Below, piece after piece: positions 19,050 through 28,434 of a DNA stretch of 64,000 nucleotides; the stretch's first letter is position 1; every line of letters begins with the position of its first letter. Location: the NCBI GenBank assembly GCA_965226495.1, contig OZ245365.1, positions 448,001 through 512,000 of the forward strand, written 5' to 3'. The position numbers and the translations under genes were made by a program. The notes below the pieces were generated by a model. It did not search any database and was not told the origin of the DNA. It was given only the letters and a program-made list of their open reading frames with translations. The DNA is from Candidatus Marinacidobacterales bacterium (lineage in GTDB: Bacteria; Acidobacteriota; Vicinamibacteria; Marinacidobacterales; DATDRI01).

Positions 19050-20213
19050 TCAACAACAGTCTCCATCCGGGCCACAGTACGGCGCGTCGGTCGTCTCGGT
19101 GACGTTATACTCCGTGCCCTTGGTCTCCTTCGGGTGTCGTACGGCGTCTTTCCGACAATTGAACGGAGCCGCTTCCGATAGGGGAGTGTCCTCGTAGGGT
19201 TCCAGCGGCTCGATCGTGCCGCGGTAGGGCTCTGAGCTATAGATGTGAAAGGTCTTGTCGCAAACCGCCATGCGCTGGCCTCGGAACAGAGTGTGGCCGT
19301 CGTCGTCGGTCACGCTGCGCCAGGGTCCCTTATAGATGACAGCCTGGTGGCGTTCGAGGCACGGACCTTCCTTTCCCTTGAAGGCTTCGACGGTCACGGC
19401 GCGGAACTCGATCCCCTCTATCGTTTGCCACGGCGTCTCGTCGCGTTTCAATACTTGGATTCCGTAGAATCCGGCTTCTTGAAAAGCGGTCAGGAAGTGA
19501 TCCTCCCGAAAGGCCCCGGACAGACAGCCGCTCCATAGCTCCGCATCAGCCTGAAGGTGAGCTGGCACGTCCTCGTCGCTCACGATGTCCGAGATCACAA
19601 CGCGACCGCCTTTCCTGAGGACACGATGCATTTCTCGAAAGAGCTCGGTCTTGTCCTCGGGCCGGACTAGATTCAGCACGCAGTTGCTCACCACCACGTC
19701 GGTCGACGCCGTGGGGACCATCGGGTGGTTTCGTCGTTGGTCCTCCTTCCAGCTCTCTAGAGCTTCGAGCTCATTCGCAGTTGTGACGGGGTGCTCGGCC
19801 AGGTAGTGCTCGAGCTTTTCATAGTCTAGGGCGAGGTCTTGAATCTTGCCTTTGTGAAAGGCGACGTTGTGATAGCCGAGCCGATCGCCGATCTCCTGAC
19901 GATAGCGTCGCGCCAGGTCGAGCATCTCGTCGTTCATGTCAACGCCGATGACCTTGCCCTCCGTTCCGACAACTTGGGCGGCGATGTAACAAACTTTGCC
20001 TCCGCCGCTTCCAAGGTCGAGGACCGTCTCGCCCGGGCGAAGGTGCTTGGAGGGGTCTCCGCATCCGTAGTCGCGCTCTAAGATCTCCTTGGGGAGAGCA
20101 TCGAGATACTGTTCTGCGTATTCCACAGGGCAGCAAAGGGCGTCTTCTTTTGCGGAAGCCGCCCTCGAGTAACGGTCTTTGACGGCGTGTTCGACGTTGG
20201 AACTGTCAGCCAT
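19050..20213 (-). CDS. ArsM/AS3MT-like SAM-dependent methyltransferase with C-terminal extension
   Basis: LCC, YGCGDP, VLDLGSGGG, SNCVLNL, WSGCLSGA Cys pattern of arsenite methyltransferases; ends in CC. Confidence 0.8.
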   Translation of the reverse strand: MADSSNVEHAVKDRYSRAASAKEDALCCPVEYAEQYLDALPKEILERDYGCGDPSKHLRPGETVLDLGSGGGKVCYIAAQVVGTEGKVIGVDMNDEMLDLARRYRQEIGDRLGYHNVAFHKGKIQDLALDYEKLEHYLAEHPVTTANELEALESWKEDQRRNHPMVPTASTDVVVSNCVLNLVRPEDKTELFREMHRVLRKGGRVVISDIVSDEDVPAHLQADAELWSGCLSGAFREDHFLTAFQEAGFYGIQVLKRDETPWQTIEGIEFRAVTVEAFKGKEGPCLERHQAVIYKGPWRSVTDDDGHTLFRGQRMAVCDKTFHIYSSEPYRGTIEPLEPYEDTPLSEAAPFNCRKDAVRHPKETKGTEYNVTETTDAPYCGPDGDCC

Positions 20214-20249
20214 GGGCTTCGTCTCCTATTATCCCGTCTGATGTTTTTC

Positions 20250-21062
20250 CTAGAACTTGCCTCGTTTACGTTCCTTTGAGGGCAAAATCTCCAGACACGT
20301 CGTCCACCATCCGGTGAGGACGGTGTCGATGAACTCCTGAGGTAGTCCCTCGCTATTCATTTCTTGGGCGAGACTGCGGTAGTCGTATTCGAGCGGCACG
20401 AACTCGACGGACAACCCTTTCCGGCTCTTCTGGCCCTTCCGTGCATCCAGTATCGTGTACCAAACATGCGTATTACCGTCGTTCTCCGGCCGCCCGATGA
20501 CCCCGACATTGACGACGTGTCGGTCTCCCGGAACTTCGCGCTTCCAGTGAATGCCGGTATGGGTCGTGAGCACGACATCCGCCTCATGTTCTTGGAGCAG
20601 ACGGTCCAGAAAGTGAGTGGGTGTCGTCGACTCCCATAGAAACTCGTTCATCTTGCGTGGTGAGCCGTGGCTCATCAGAAGACGATGGCTACCCAGTTGG
20701 ATACGAAAAGACTTTGGTAGTCCACGCATCCACACTTTCCAGCGGTCGGAGGTGTTGGAGAACGTGTAGTCATAAGAGATTTTGGCGAAGTAGTTGTCGC
20801 GGGGATCGACATAGCCACATTGGCAGTCGGCGAGCCCCTCTCCGATCGAGTTGTCATAGTTGCCCTGCATCACCTGGACGCCGGCGTCCAACAGAATCGG
20901 AAACACTTTGTCCGGGTTGGGGCCGAAGGCGCCGAGGTCGCCCTGACAGAAGATCGCCTCCACTCCTCGCCGCCGCGCGTCGTTCACCGCTGCCTCGAGC
21001 GCGAGGTGGTTGCTATAGACGCCGCCGATGGCAGCGATCCTTTCGTAGCGCTCAAGAGACAT
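20250..21062 (-). CDS. calcineurin-like metallophosphoesterase (atypical, Cys-rich)
   Basis: GD, GNYD, HGSP, HTG, NVG motifs; the first DxH motif is replaced by GVY; extra CQCG and WWTTCLE. Confidence 0.8.
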   Translation of the reverse strand: MSLERYERIAAIGGVYSNHLALEAAVNDARRRGVEAIFCQGDLGAFGPNPDKVFPILLDAGVQVMQGNYDNSIGEGLADCQCGYVDPRDNYFAKISYDYTFSNTSDRWKVWMRGLPKSFRIQLGSHRLLMSHGSPRKMNEFLWESTTPTHFLDRLLQEHEADVVLTTHTGIHWKREVPGDRHVVNVGVIGRPENDGNTHVWYTILDARKGQKSRKGLSVEFVPLEYDYRSLAQEMNSEGLPQEFIDTVLTGWWTTCLEILPSKERKRGKF

Positions 21063-21957
21063 CGCGGCCTCCGGAGCTCAGATTGCTGCAGATGGCCCCT
21101 CCCACGTAACAGGTGTAACAGGCACTGTGCTTGAGAGGGTAGGGTTCGGCCGATTCGGCCAGCGTGGATCCCATCCTCGCGTCCGGCGAATCGATGAGGA
21201 TCGGGCAGACGTAGACGCCTCGGTCGGTGGCGACCCGACTGTGGGAGCAGATGAGTTGGGAGGCGTCGAAACCCAACATCATGTCTGATGTCACCCGTTC
21301 CGTATCGGTGTAGGCACGCGACCTCTCTTCTTCGGCGCCGATGCGTAAGGTCGGGATGATCTTGATGCGGGGACGAGAGTAGCCTTCCGCCTTTAGTATT
21401 TCGACGAAACGTTGAAACACTTCGTCGTCCCGACCGTCTTCCCAAGTCTGGGCCACTGTGATGATGGGGAGGAACCCATGGGTCAGTAGGAGCCGAACGC
21501 CGTCCATGGCTTTGCGAAAGGTTCCTGCCCCTCGGATGGGATCGTTCATCTCCGGGGAGTACCCATCGATGCTGACGCGAAACTCGAGCGAATAGGGCGA
21601 TATCGCCTCCGCCGCAGCGAGACGCTCCACCTGCTTGGGCTTCATCACGGTGGCGTTGGTGAGGACGGTCGCGGGGCCGATCGAAAGCGTGGCTTCGAGG
21701 ACCTCGACCATGTGGGGATGGATGAACGGCTCCCCGCCTGTGAAGTAGTACTCCTTGACCCCCAGCGATTTCGATTCCTCGAGGAGGCTCTCGATGGCTC
21801 CGAGGTCCATGAGCTCGAACGCGTGGTTGGTCGGGCTACAGGAGATGAAGCAATGGGCGCAGGTCAGGTTGCAGAGCGTTCCCGATACCTGAAACCAGAG
21901 GTCGTCGAGCGCACTCAAGGCGACTCGCGGGGGAGCTTCGGCGGTCCGGGTCGTCAT
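21052..21957 (-). CDS. radical SAM protein (ArsS-related family, by inference)
   Basis: CNLTCAHC, TGGEPF, LTNA, VSIDG; C-terminal Cys cluster (C..VCP..CYTC..C). Confidence 0.85.
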   Translation of the reverse strand: MTTRTAEAPPRVALSALDDLWFQVSGTLCNLTCAHCFISCSPTNHAFELMDLGAIESLLEESKSLGVKEYYFTGGEPFIHPHMVEVLEATLSIGPATVLTNATVMKPKQVERLAAAEAISPYSLEFRVSIDGYSPEMNDPIRGAGTFRKAMDGVRLLLTHGFLPIITVAQTWEDGRDDEVFQRFVEILKAEGYSRPRIKIIPTLRIGAEEERSRAYTDTERVTSDMMLGFDASQLICSHSRVATDRGVYVCPILIDSPDARMGSTLAESAEPYPLKHSACYTCYVGGAICSNLSSGGRDVS

Positions 21958-23174
21958 GACGCGTACCGATCCACAGCAGATGTTTTTTCGATCGAGCTGA
22001 AGATCTCTCGAACTTGCTCGAGCCCGATCCGAATCAAGAAGTTGGAGTTCTTGCCATAGCTCTTCGAGCCGAGGACAAAGAAATTCGGTTCCGGGTTCGC
22101 AAGGACATCGGCCCGGTGGAATTCATTGGCAAGGCAATCCGCCGAGCTCGACCCGAGAAGAGCCGCCGAAAGCTTCATCGGGCCCATCGACGCATAACAC
22201 TCATGCATCTGGAGCTCCCGATAGATTCGGTTGTCCGGATGGTAACCCACGTAGGCCAAGATGCGATCGACCACGATCGTCTCTTGGCTTCGTGTCCCTA
22301 TGGAGCGAAGCTCGACCGCGAACGATTCTCCTCTGCGCGTCTTCCTCGTCAGGCGCTCGACGAGGGTGGCAGGATGGTACGCGACCCTAGGATTCCCGCC
22401 TTTGGCAAGCTCGTTGGCCTTCGCGGAAAGCCGAGCCCTTTCGGGAAGTGGATCATCCGGGAAGATGGGTAGGGGAGGCTTCTCGCCGGTTTGGGCAATC
22501 CACGTCACTGACGTGTTTGGCAATTGGGTGAGCGCATCGAGTGCCGTGGCGGCGGAGTGCCCGCTGCCGACGAGGAGAACTCGCCGCCCCGAGTACTGCT
22601 CGCGTTTCTCGCCCAAGAGGTCCTGCACGGTGTAGGCGATCTGCTCACGGAGCTCTATTTCGCCCAGAGCCGGGATGTTGCCGTTGCCCATCCAGTTGTG
22701 ATGGCCGTAGGTTCCGGAACAATCGATCACGATGTCTGCCTCGGCGATCTCTTCTCCTTGCTCCCGCTCGAGCAGAATGCGAAACGGATGGCGGTCCCGA
22801 GGACCACCGATCAGATCTTTCTTGCCGATACCGTCTCTCCCGACGTATAGCACTTCGACTCCCTCTCGAATGCAGTTTCTCAGCGGTTCGGTTTCGGCTA
22901 GGGGCCGAAGGTATCGCTCCACGTGCTGTCTTCCCGTCAGGTAGTCGTTCGGCCCGGGCAGAGGTCGGCCCGCTTCCCGAAGCGTCTTCGCTCCAAGCTC
23001 GGAGTGGTTGAGCTCCCAGCATGAGAAGAGGGTGATATGTCCCCATCGATTCATGTTCTCGCCGATGGTTCCTCGTTCGTATACCTGAACCCGATGACCG
23101 AGAGCCTGGCCGTGTAGGGCGGCTTCGAGGCCGACGGGGCCCGCGCCGATAATCGCAATACGTTTCCCGGGCAT
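21954..23174 (-). CDS. FAD/NAD(P)-dependent oxidoreductase (flavin monooxygenase-like, ars-cluster type)
   Basis: GAGPVG, DCSGTY, VGSGHSA, PEPNFFVLGSKSYG..FL..GLEQV; GGAGGAG RBS before ATG 23174; ATGA overlap with the rSAM gene. Confidence 0.8.
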   Translation of the reverse strand: MPGKRIAIIGAGPVGLEAALHGQALGHRVQVYERGTIGENMNRWGHITLFSCWELNHSELGAKTLREAGRPLPGPNDYLTGRQHVERYLRPLAETEPLRNCIREGVEVLYVGRDGIGKKDLIGGPRDRHPFRILLEREQGEEIAEADIVIDCSGTYGHHNWMGNGNIPALGEIELREQIAYTVQDLLGEKREQYSGRRVLLVGSGHSAATALDALTQLPNTSVTWIAQTGEKPPLPIFPDDPLPERARLSAKANELAKGGNPRVAYHPATLVERLTRKTRRGESFAVELRSIGTRSQETIVVDRILAYVGYHPDNRIYRELQMHECYASMGPMKLSAALLGSSSADCLANEFHRADVLANPEPNFFVLGSKSYGKNSNFLIRIGLEQVREIFSSIEKTSAVDRYAS

Positions 23175-23282
23175 AAACTCCTCCCCGCACAAGGCGGGAA
23201 TTATAAATAGAGTGGAGATCTAAGACGGACTGCCCGCCTTCGCTTGGGTTAAGGGGCTGTAGCTTCGGCGGGCTGGGGCCGT

Positions 23283-24038
23283 TTAGGCCGTGGCCTCAGG
23301 CGGAGCGCGGGGGGTAAACCACCTGGCGAGGAAAACCTGCCGATGTTCGGTTTCGGCGGATCGGTGGCCGGTCGATTCGGGGAGGAGCAGATTTGTGATC
23401 CGCCGTGCTAACGAAGCGAGACATCCCCATCGCGAGCGGGTGAGAAAGCGAGTCAGCCCGCGTCGGTCGTCGATATCTTCGAGCGAGGAAAGTGTCTCGA
23501 CCACGAAACCACTTCCGACGAGGCGCGCTTGCGTGAGCTGCGCAACCTGCGAAGATCCCCACGGCATGGACTCGAATGCTTCGGGGCAAGGTGTCGTAAG
23601 TCCGAGCAGGGCGTATCCGCCGTCCTTGGCCGGACCGAGCACCGCCGCGCGAGGGCCAGATGAGGCAAGGGCGTCGAACGCGTTTCCCAGGTAACGTCGC
23701 GAGATCTCCGGAGAATCGTTGCCAATTACCACGACGCGGCGGTAGCCCAGCGAAAAGGCGTCGTCGACTGCCAGTCGTAACGACTCGCCGAAGCTCCGGC
23801 CTCGCTGTGGGAGGACGTTCCGCCGCCGGTTTTCAGCAAGCTCTGAAGACAGCGGGGTGGCGATGAGGAGATCCACGTCCTGGAGCCCACCGCAAACGTT
23901 CTCCAAGTGGTCGAGAAGAACCGCGAACACGTCGGCGGCTCGCTCCGGCCTTCCTAGGCCGAGCGACTTCCTACGACCCTCCGCTTCGGGAGACAGCGTA
24001 AACAGAATGAGTGCGGATTCGGATCCCATCGTTCGCAA
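23283..24038 (-). CDS. DUF2064 / TIGR04282-type nucleotide-diphospho-sugar transferase-like protein
   Basis: QRGRSFGESL, VVIGNDSP, VLGPAKDGGYALLG, W, LEDID motifs; C-terminal PRAPP. Confidence 0.8.
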   Translation of the reverse strand: MRTMGSESALILFTLSPEAEGRRKSLGLGRPERAADVFAVLLDHLENVCGGLQDVDLLIATPLSSELAENRRRNVLPQRGRSFGESLRLAVDDAFSLGYRRVVVIGNDSPEISRRYLGNAFDALASSGPRAAVLGPAKDGGYALLGLTTPCPEAFESMPWGSSQVAQLTQARLVGSGFVVETLSSLEDIDDRRGLTRFLTRSRWGCLASLARRITNLLLPESTGHRSAETEHRQVFLARWFTPRAPPEATA

Positions 24039-24257
24039 TCTACAAGGAGAGCATGCTTCGGTCTATGGAAAGGCTCACACCCGGCGCAGAAAGACCTGCA
24101 CCCACCATTCTTATCACTGGCCGCTAGGGGGGTCAACGAGAAGCTCCCAAACGAGGCCGTGCCAGTCCCAAGGTGGTCGGGGGCCCCAACTCGCCTTTGG
24201 AAAATAGGGCGCTACGGAATATGCTGTGGCGAACGCAATAGGGAGAAAGAAGCATAG

Positions 24258-25049
24258 ATGCCCCCAATAACCAATCGGGAGTTCCTCGATTTCGCCATGG
24301 ATGCCGCCTGGCAGGCCGGTCAGTTCACGCTCGCGCACTTCCAAACCGGAGTCGACGTTGAATGGAAAGTGGATGAATCCCCTGTCACAGCCGCCGATCA
24401 GGGGGCAGAGAGGCTGATCCGAGAGCTCATTGCTCGCCGTTTCCCGGGTCACGCTGTTTTGGGCGAGGAGTTCGGTGAGGCGGATACAGACTCGTCGCAT
24501 CGCTGGATCATCGACCCCATTGACGGCACCCAGTCCTTCATCCGAGGGGTTCCTCTCTATGGAGTGCTGATCGGGCTCGAGGTAGCCGGAGACGTCATCG
24601 TTGGTGTGACTCACTTTCCGGGGCTTCAAGAGACGATCGCCGCCGCCAAAGGCGAAGGGTGCCGATGGAATGGCCGGGTTGCAAGGGTCTCTCGTGTATC
24701 GCGCCTCGAAGAGGCTTTGGTTGTTCATACCGAGGTGACGACCCTCGAAGACGAGCGTACCCGCGCCTCCTGGAATCGCATCAAGGCGGCGTCGCGCCTC
24801 CAACGCGGCTGGAGTGACTGCTACGGCCATTGTTTGGTTGCGACGGGAAGAGCGGAGGTGATGCTCGATCCGCTCATGAAGCCTTGGGACTGTGCTGCTC
24901 TCGTGCCCATTCTCGAAGAAGCGGGTGGTACGTTTACCGACTGGGATGGTAAGTCGACCATATACGGCGGCGACGCCATCAGCACCAACGGTTTGCTCTT
25001 CGATCAGGTGAAGAAGATGCTGGAGCAGACTTCGGTCTCTTCAGTGTAA
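24258..25049 (+). CDS. hisN: histidinol-phosphate phosphatase, inositol monophosphatase family
   Basis: SPVTAAD, GEE, WIIDPIDGT, DCYG, PWDCAAL motifs. Confidence 0.75.
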   Translation: MPPITNREFLDFAMDAAWQAGQFTLAHFQTGVDVEWKVDESPVTAADQGAERLIRELIARRFPGHAVLGEEFGEADTDSSHRWIIDPIDGTQSFIRGVPLYGVLIGLEVAGDVIVGVTHFPGLQETIAAAKGEGCRWNGRVARVSRVSRLEEALVVHTEVTTLEDERTRASWNRIKAASRLQRGWSDCYGHCLVATGRAEVMLDPLMKPWDCAALVPILEEAGGTFTDWDGKSTIYGGDAISTNGLLFDQVKKMLEQTSVSSV

Positions 25050-25074
25050 CCCTCCGTCGGCCGCACAGACCTCG

Positions 25075-26715
25075 ATGCGAATCTCGAAGTGGATCTGGAC
25101 GCTCGTCGGCCTAGGCCTGATCTCGACCTTGGTCTTCTTCTGGGTTTTTGGAGAGGAAGTGGCCAACAGGCGCGCCCGCGCCCGCTACCCCCACGTCGTT
25201 CTTATCACGATCGATACTCTCCACGTCCTCGAGACCGGGGTATACAATCCCAAGAACCAGTCGACTCCAAATCTCGTCGACTTCGCGCGCAAGGGAGTAG
25301 TCTTTCAACACGCCTACACCCCGGTGCCGATTACTCTGCCTTCCCACACCGACCTCATGACCGGTATGTCGCCCCTCGACCACAGCGTCATGGCCAACGG
25401 AGACGCTGTGCCTCAAGGGCTCACGACGCTGGCAGAAATTTTCAAAGGTGCCGGCTATCGCACCGCCGCGTTCGTTTCGCTGGGAGTGCTGATGCAGGCC
25501 TTTCAACTCAATCAAGGCTTCGATACCTATTTCGATCCCTTCGGAGACCGGCAGGGCAGATGGTACCGGCGGGCCGACGAATTGTTCGAGCCGGTCAGCG
25601 AGTGGGTCACTCAAAATTACCGAGAACCGTTTTTCATGTGGGTTCATTTCTCAGATCCACACGAACCCTACCTGGTCAAAGATGCCCCGCCCGATACCCG
25701 GTTAACTCTGGACGGCGAATTGGTCGGTGAATGGACGCTTGCCAGCCGCGCCCACGTTTCAACGGCGGTCGATCTTCCCCCGGGACGCCACGTGCTGAAG
25801 TGGGCATCATTGCGCCAACCGCGGCCCGATGATCTTCGTAGGACCGGCATCAAAATGAATCTCTTTGGACAAAACGTCTTGGCCGAGTTGACCGACACGA
25901 AGCTGCCGCAGTCGAGTGACGATATTGGCCTCGATCCTTTCTGGAGTCTCGAGATCGAGAATCGCGAAAACGATACGGTCGAGTTGGAGCTCGGTTTTCG
26001 CGGAAGACTGATGAAGCCGCCGGCCTCTGAAGTCTTGGAGGCTTACCCCAAAGAGGTTGCGTGGACGGACAAGCACGTCGGCAAGGTGCGCGAGCTCTTG
26101 GAGTCTCTCGGAATCGAGGACCGTACTCTGTGGGTGATTGTCTCCGACCATGGCGAGGGACTATATCGTCGCGGGTATCTCGGGCACGCGGCCTACGTGT
26201 TCGAAGATCAGCTTCGAATTCTTTGGCAGATGCGCGGGCCGGGCGTCCCGCAGGGCAAAGTCGTAGACGATACCAGAGTCATGATGATGGATGTCGGGCC
26301 TACCCTACTCGATCTGATCGGACTTCCGATTCCGAGGGGATTCGAGGGAAACTCCCTGGTCGAGTGCTGGGACGGCGGCAGGTGCCCGGAGCGTCGGGAA
26401 TGGTGGGCCTACGGGCTCAAACACGGAAACAACCGCTTGGCGGCCGCGGCGGGCTACAGCTGGCCATATAAGTGGATTTGGAAACGAGAAGTAGGGAAGA
26501 CCGCCTTCGACATTGGCAACGATCCTTGGGAGGAGAAGGATCTCCTTGGGCCGCCTCCCCATCCGCGAGAGCTCGTCGATCTTTCTCGGGAGTTCAAGGA
26601 TTGGAGACCAAAGCTCGCCTTCCGCCTGAACCACCGGCAGCGAGTGGCTGGGCACCCGGAGCAGCTCGAGATGCTCAAGGCGCTGGGCTACATCGGCACG
26701 GGCGCGGAGCAGTAG
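25075..26715 (+). CDS. membrane-anchored sulfatase-like (alkaline phosphatase superfamily) protein
   Basis: ITIDTL, TLPSH..MTG, HFSDPHEPY, SDHGE, LKALGY motifs. Confidence 0.85.
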   Translation: MRISKWIWTLVGLGLISTLVFFWVFGEEVANRRARARYPHVVLITIDTLHVLETGVYNPKNQSTPNLVDFARKGVVFQHAYTPVPITLPSHTDLMTGMSPLDHSVMANGDAVPQGLTTLAEIFKGAGYRTAAFVSLGVLMQAFQLNQGFDTYFDPFGDRQGRWYRRADELFEPVSEWVTQNYREPFFMWVHFSDPHEPYLVKDAPPDTRLTLDGELVGEWTLASRAHVSTAVDLPPGRHVLKWASLRQPRPDDLRRTGIKMNLFGQNVLAELTDTKLPQSSDDIGLDPFWSLEIENRENDTVELELGFRGRLMKPPASEVLEAYPKEVAWTDKHVGKVRELLESLGIEDRTLWVIVSDHGEGLYRRGYLGHAAYVFEDQLRILWQMRGPGVPQGKVVDDTRVMMMDVGPTLLDLIGLPIPRGFEGNSLVECWDGGRCPERREWWAYGLKHGNNRLAAAAGYSWPYKWIWKREVGKTAFDIGNDPWEEKDLLGPPPHPRELVDLSREFKDWRPKLAFRLNHRQRVAGHPEQLEMLKALGYIGTGAEQ

Positions 26716-26752
26716 TAGCGTTCTTCCTCCCGGCCGGCGGGCTCCGACCCGT

Positions 26753-26793
26753 CAGTGCGCGCGGGGCGGCCCCGCCTTCGCAGCTGAGGGCTC
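26753..26793. repeat. palindromic repeat family B, short copy
   Basis: GCGGGGC/GCCCCGC hairpin plus CAGCTGAGGGCTC at 26781-26793. Confidence 0.5.
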
Positions 26794-26978
26794 TTTTACC
26801 GCAGAAGTTGGGTTTCCCCTACAGTCGTGTCGTTCCTGCCTCGTGGGTAGGTGAGGCTTGATCAACAAGCCCAATGGAAATAGTAGTTTATGGGGCAAGC
26901 CCCGACGGCCGCGTTCTTCGACTCTGAGGGCGTTCTCGGCATCATTCTTGTATTCCCAGCTAGGGGGAGAAGCGTACT

Positions 26979-28379
26979 TTGTTGCTGACGACGTCGGTCA
27001 TCGTGATTGCGTTAGGCTTGAGCCTCGGCCTGTTCTACATCATCACCCGCTACATGAGCCTCCGCACCGAGTTCGAACGAGTCAGCTCCGAAGTAGATGC
27101 CCTCACACAACAGAAAGCAGAGCTTCTCCAGGGATTGGAGCGACAGCAGTTCCTAGGCCGTTTCGTACGCGAGCTCCCGCTGCTCACCGAGCAACTTCAC
27201 AGTCGGGTCAAAGTGCGCCGAATCCCCGGCATCCTGCTGCAGGTCGTGATCCGAAGCTTGGAGCCCCGGCAGGCAGTGGTCTTGCTGCGCCGCCGCCGCT
27301 CGGAGTCCGAGCCCGAGAGAGCCGGACGTCTGACCGTGGCGGCTGTGCATCCTACGACCTCTCCTATCAAGCCTGGGTTTCAGATCAACATCGGGGACGG
27401 GGAGCTGGGCTTCGTTGCCGAGGCGCAGCTTACGATGAGTCGTGAGGATTTCGAACGAGAAACGTCCCTCAACCGGCAGAAGATCAAGGGAACAGACCTG
27501 CCCGGTTTCAAGCCCGACATGGCGGCCCCCATGGTTTTCGACGAGAAGACTGTCGGCGTGATCGCGATCTCCGGTTCGCCGTATCAGGGAATCGTTGCCA
27601 AGAAGGCCATGTGGATCGTCGCGCAGATCGGAGCGGTGGCCATGCATAACGTCGCCGCCTACAGCGAGATGAAAATCACCGCCGATATGGATGGCCTCAC
27701 TGGTATCTACAACAAACGCCACCTAGTCGGGGCACTCGGCGAAAAAATCTACCAGGCGCAGAAAGAATTGACGAACCTTTCCGTCTTCCTGTTCGACATA
27801 GACAACTTCAAGAACTACAACGACGTCAATGGTCACGTCGCCGGCGACAAGCTTTTGAAAGAGTTGGCGAGCCTGGTGAAGGACAACATCAGGGAAGAGA
27901 GCATCTTCGGTCGTTTCGGCGGTGAGGAATTCTTGGTCATTCTGCCGGGCTCTTCCAACACGGAGGCGCTCCGCGTCGCCGAGAAGCTCCGCACGCTCAT
28001 CGCCCAGCACGACTTCCCCTTCGCGGCGAAGCAGCCTCTGGGTGTCTTGAGTATTAGTGGGGGCGTGGCTACTTATCCCGGTGATGCCCTGGACAGCACC
28101 AGCCTGCTCCGAACCGCGGACGAAGCTCTCTACGCGGCCAAGGATCAGGGGCGGAATCGGGTTCTCCCGCCTCAGACCAAATACATTTGTGAGAGCCGGC
28201 CGCCAAGTGGTCAGTTCCCTGTGCCCCAGGATCTCCGACCCGCGGAGCCTCCCGAATCCCAGCCGGCGGTGATGGCCACCGAGCCTCCGAGTTTGGCGCC
28301 GCCGCAGCCCCCACAGAACGTTCGCTACGACAGGACGATCATCGGCACACGCATTTCGATTCCTGACGAAGAGCCGTAG
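26979..28379 (+). CDS. membrane-anchored GAF-GGDEF diguanylate cyclase
   Basis: N-terminal TM, GAF-like region, DGLTG, DIDNFK.YND, GRFGGEEF, ALYAAK..GRNR. Confidence 0.9.
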   Translation: MLLTTSVIVIALGLSLGLFYIITRYMSLRTEFERVSSEVDALTQQKAELLQGLERQQFLGRFVRELPLLTEQLHSRVKVRRIPGILLQVVIRSLEPRQAVVLLRRRRSESEPERAGRLTVAAVHPTTSPIKPGFQINIGDGELGFVAEAQLTMSREDFERETSLNRQKIKGTDLPGFKPDMAAPMVFDEKTVGVIAISGSPYQGIVAKKAMWIVAQIGAVAMHNVAAYSEMKITADMDGLTGIYNKRHLVGALGEKIYQAQKELTNLSVFLFDIDNFKNYNDVNGHVAGDKLLKELASLVKDNIREESIFGRFGGEEFLVILPGSSNTEALRVAEKLRTLIAQHDFPFAAKQPLGVLSISGGVATYPGDALDSTSLLRTADEALYAAKDQGRNRVLPPQTKYICESRPPSGQFPVPQDLRPAEPPESQPAVMATEPPSLAPPQPPQNVRYDRTIIGTRISIPDEEP

Positions 28380-28434
28380 GCTGAAAGCTTAGGCTTGCTC
28401 TAGGGCTTCAATCAGTGCGCCCTCACTCTTCGTT

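Noticed and set aside
19020-19052. Selenocysteine read-through at the CC-TGA end of the ArsM-like gene
   Set aside because: The small downstream hairpin does not resemble a bacterial SECIS, and the read-through frame gives no recognisable protein; the PiT-like signal is in another frame
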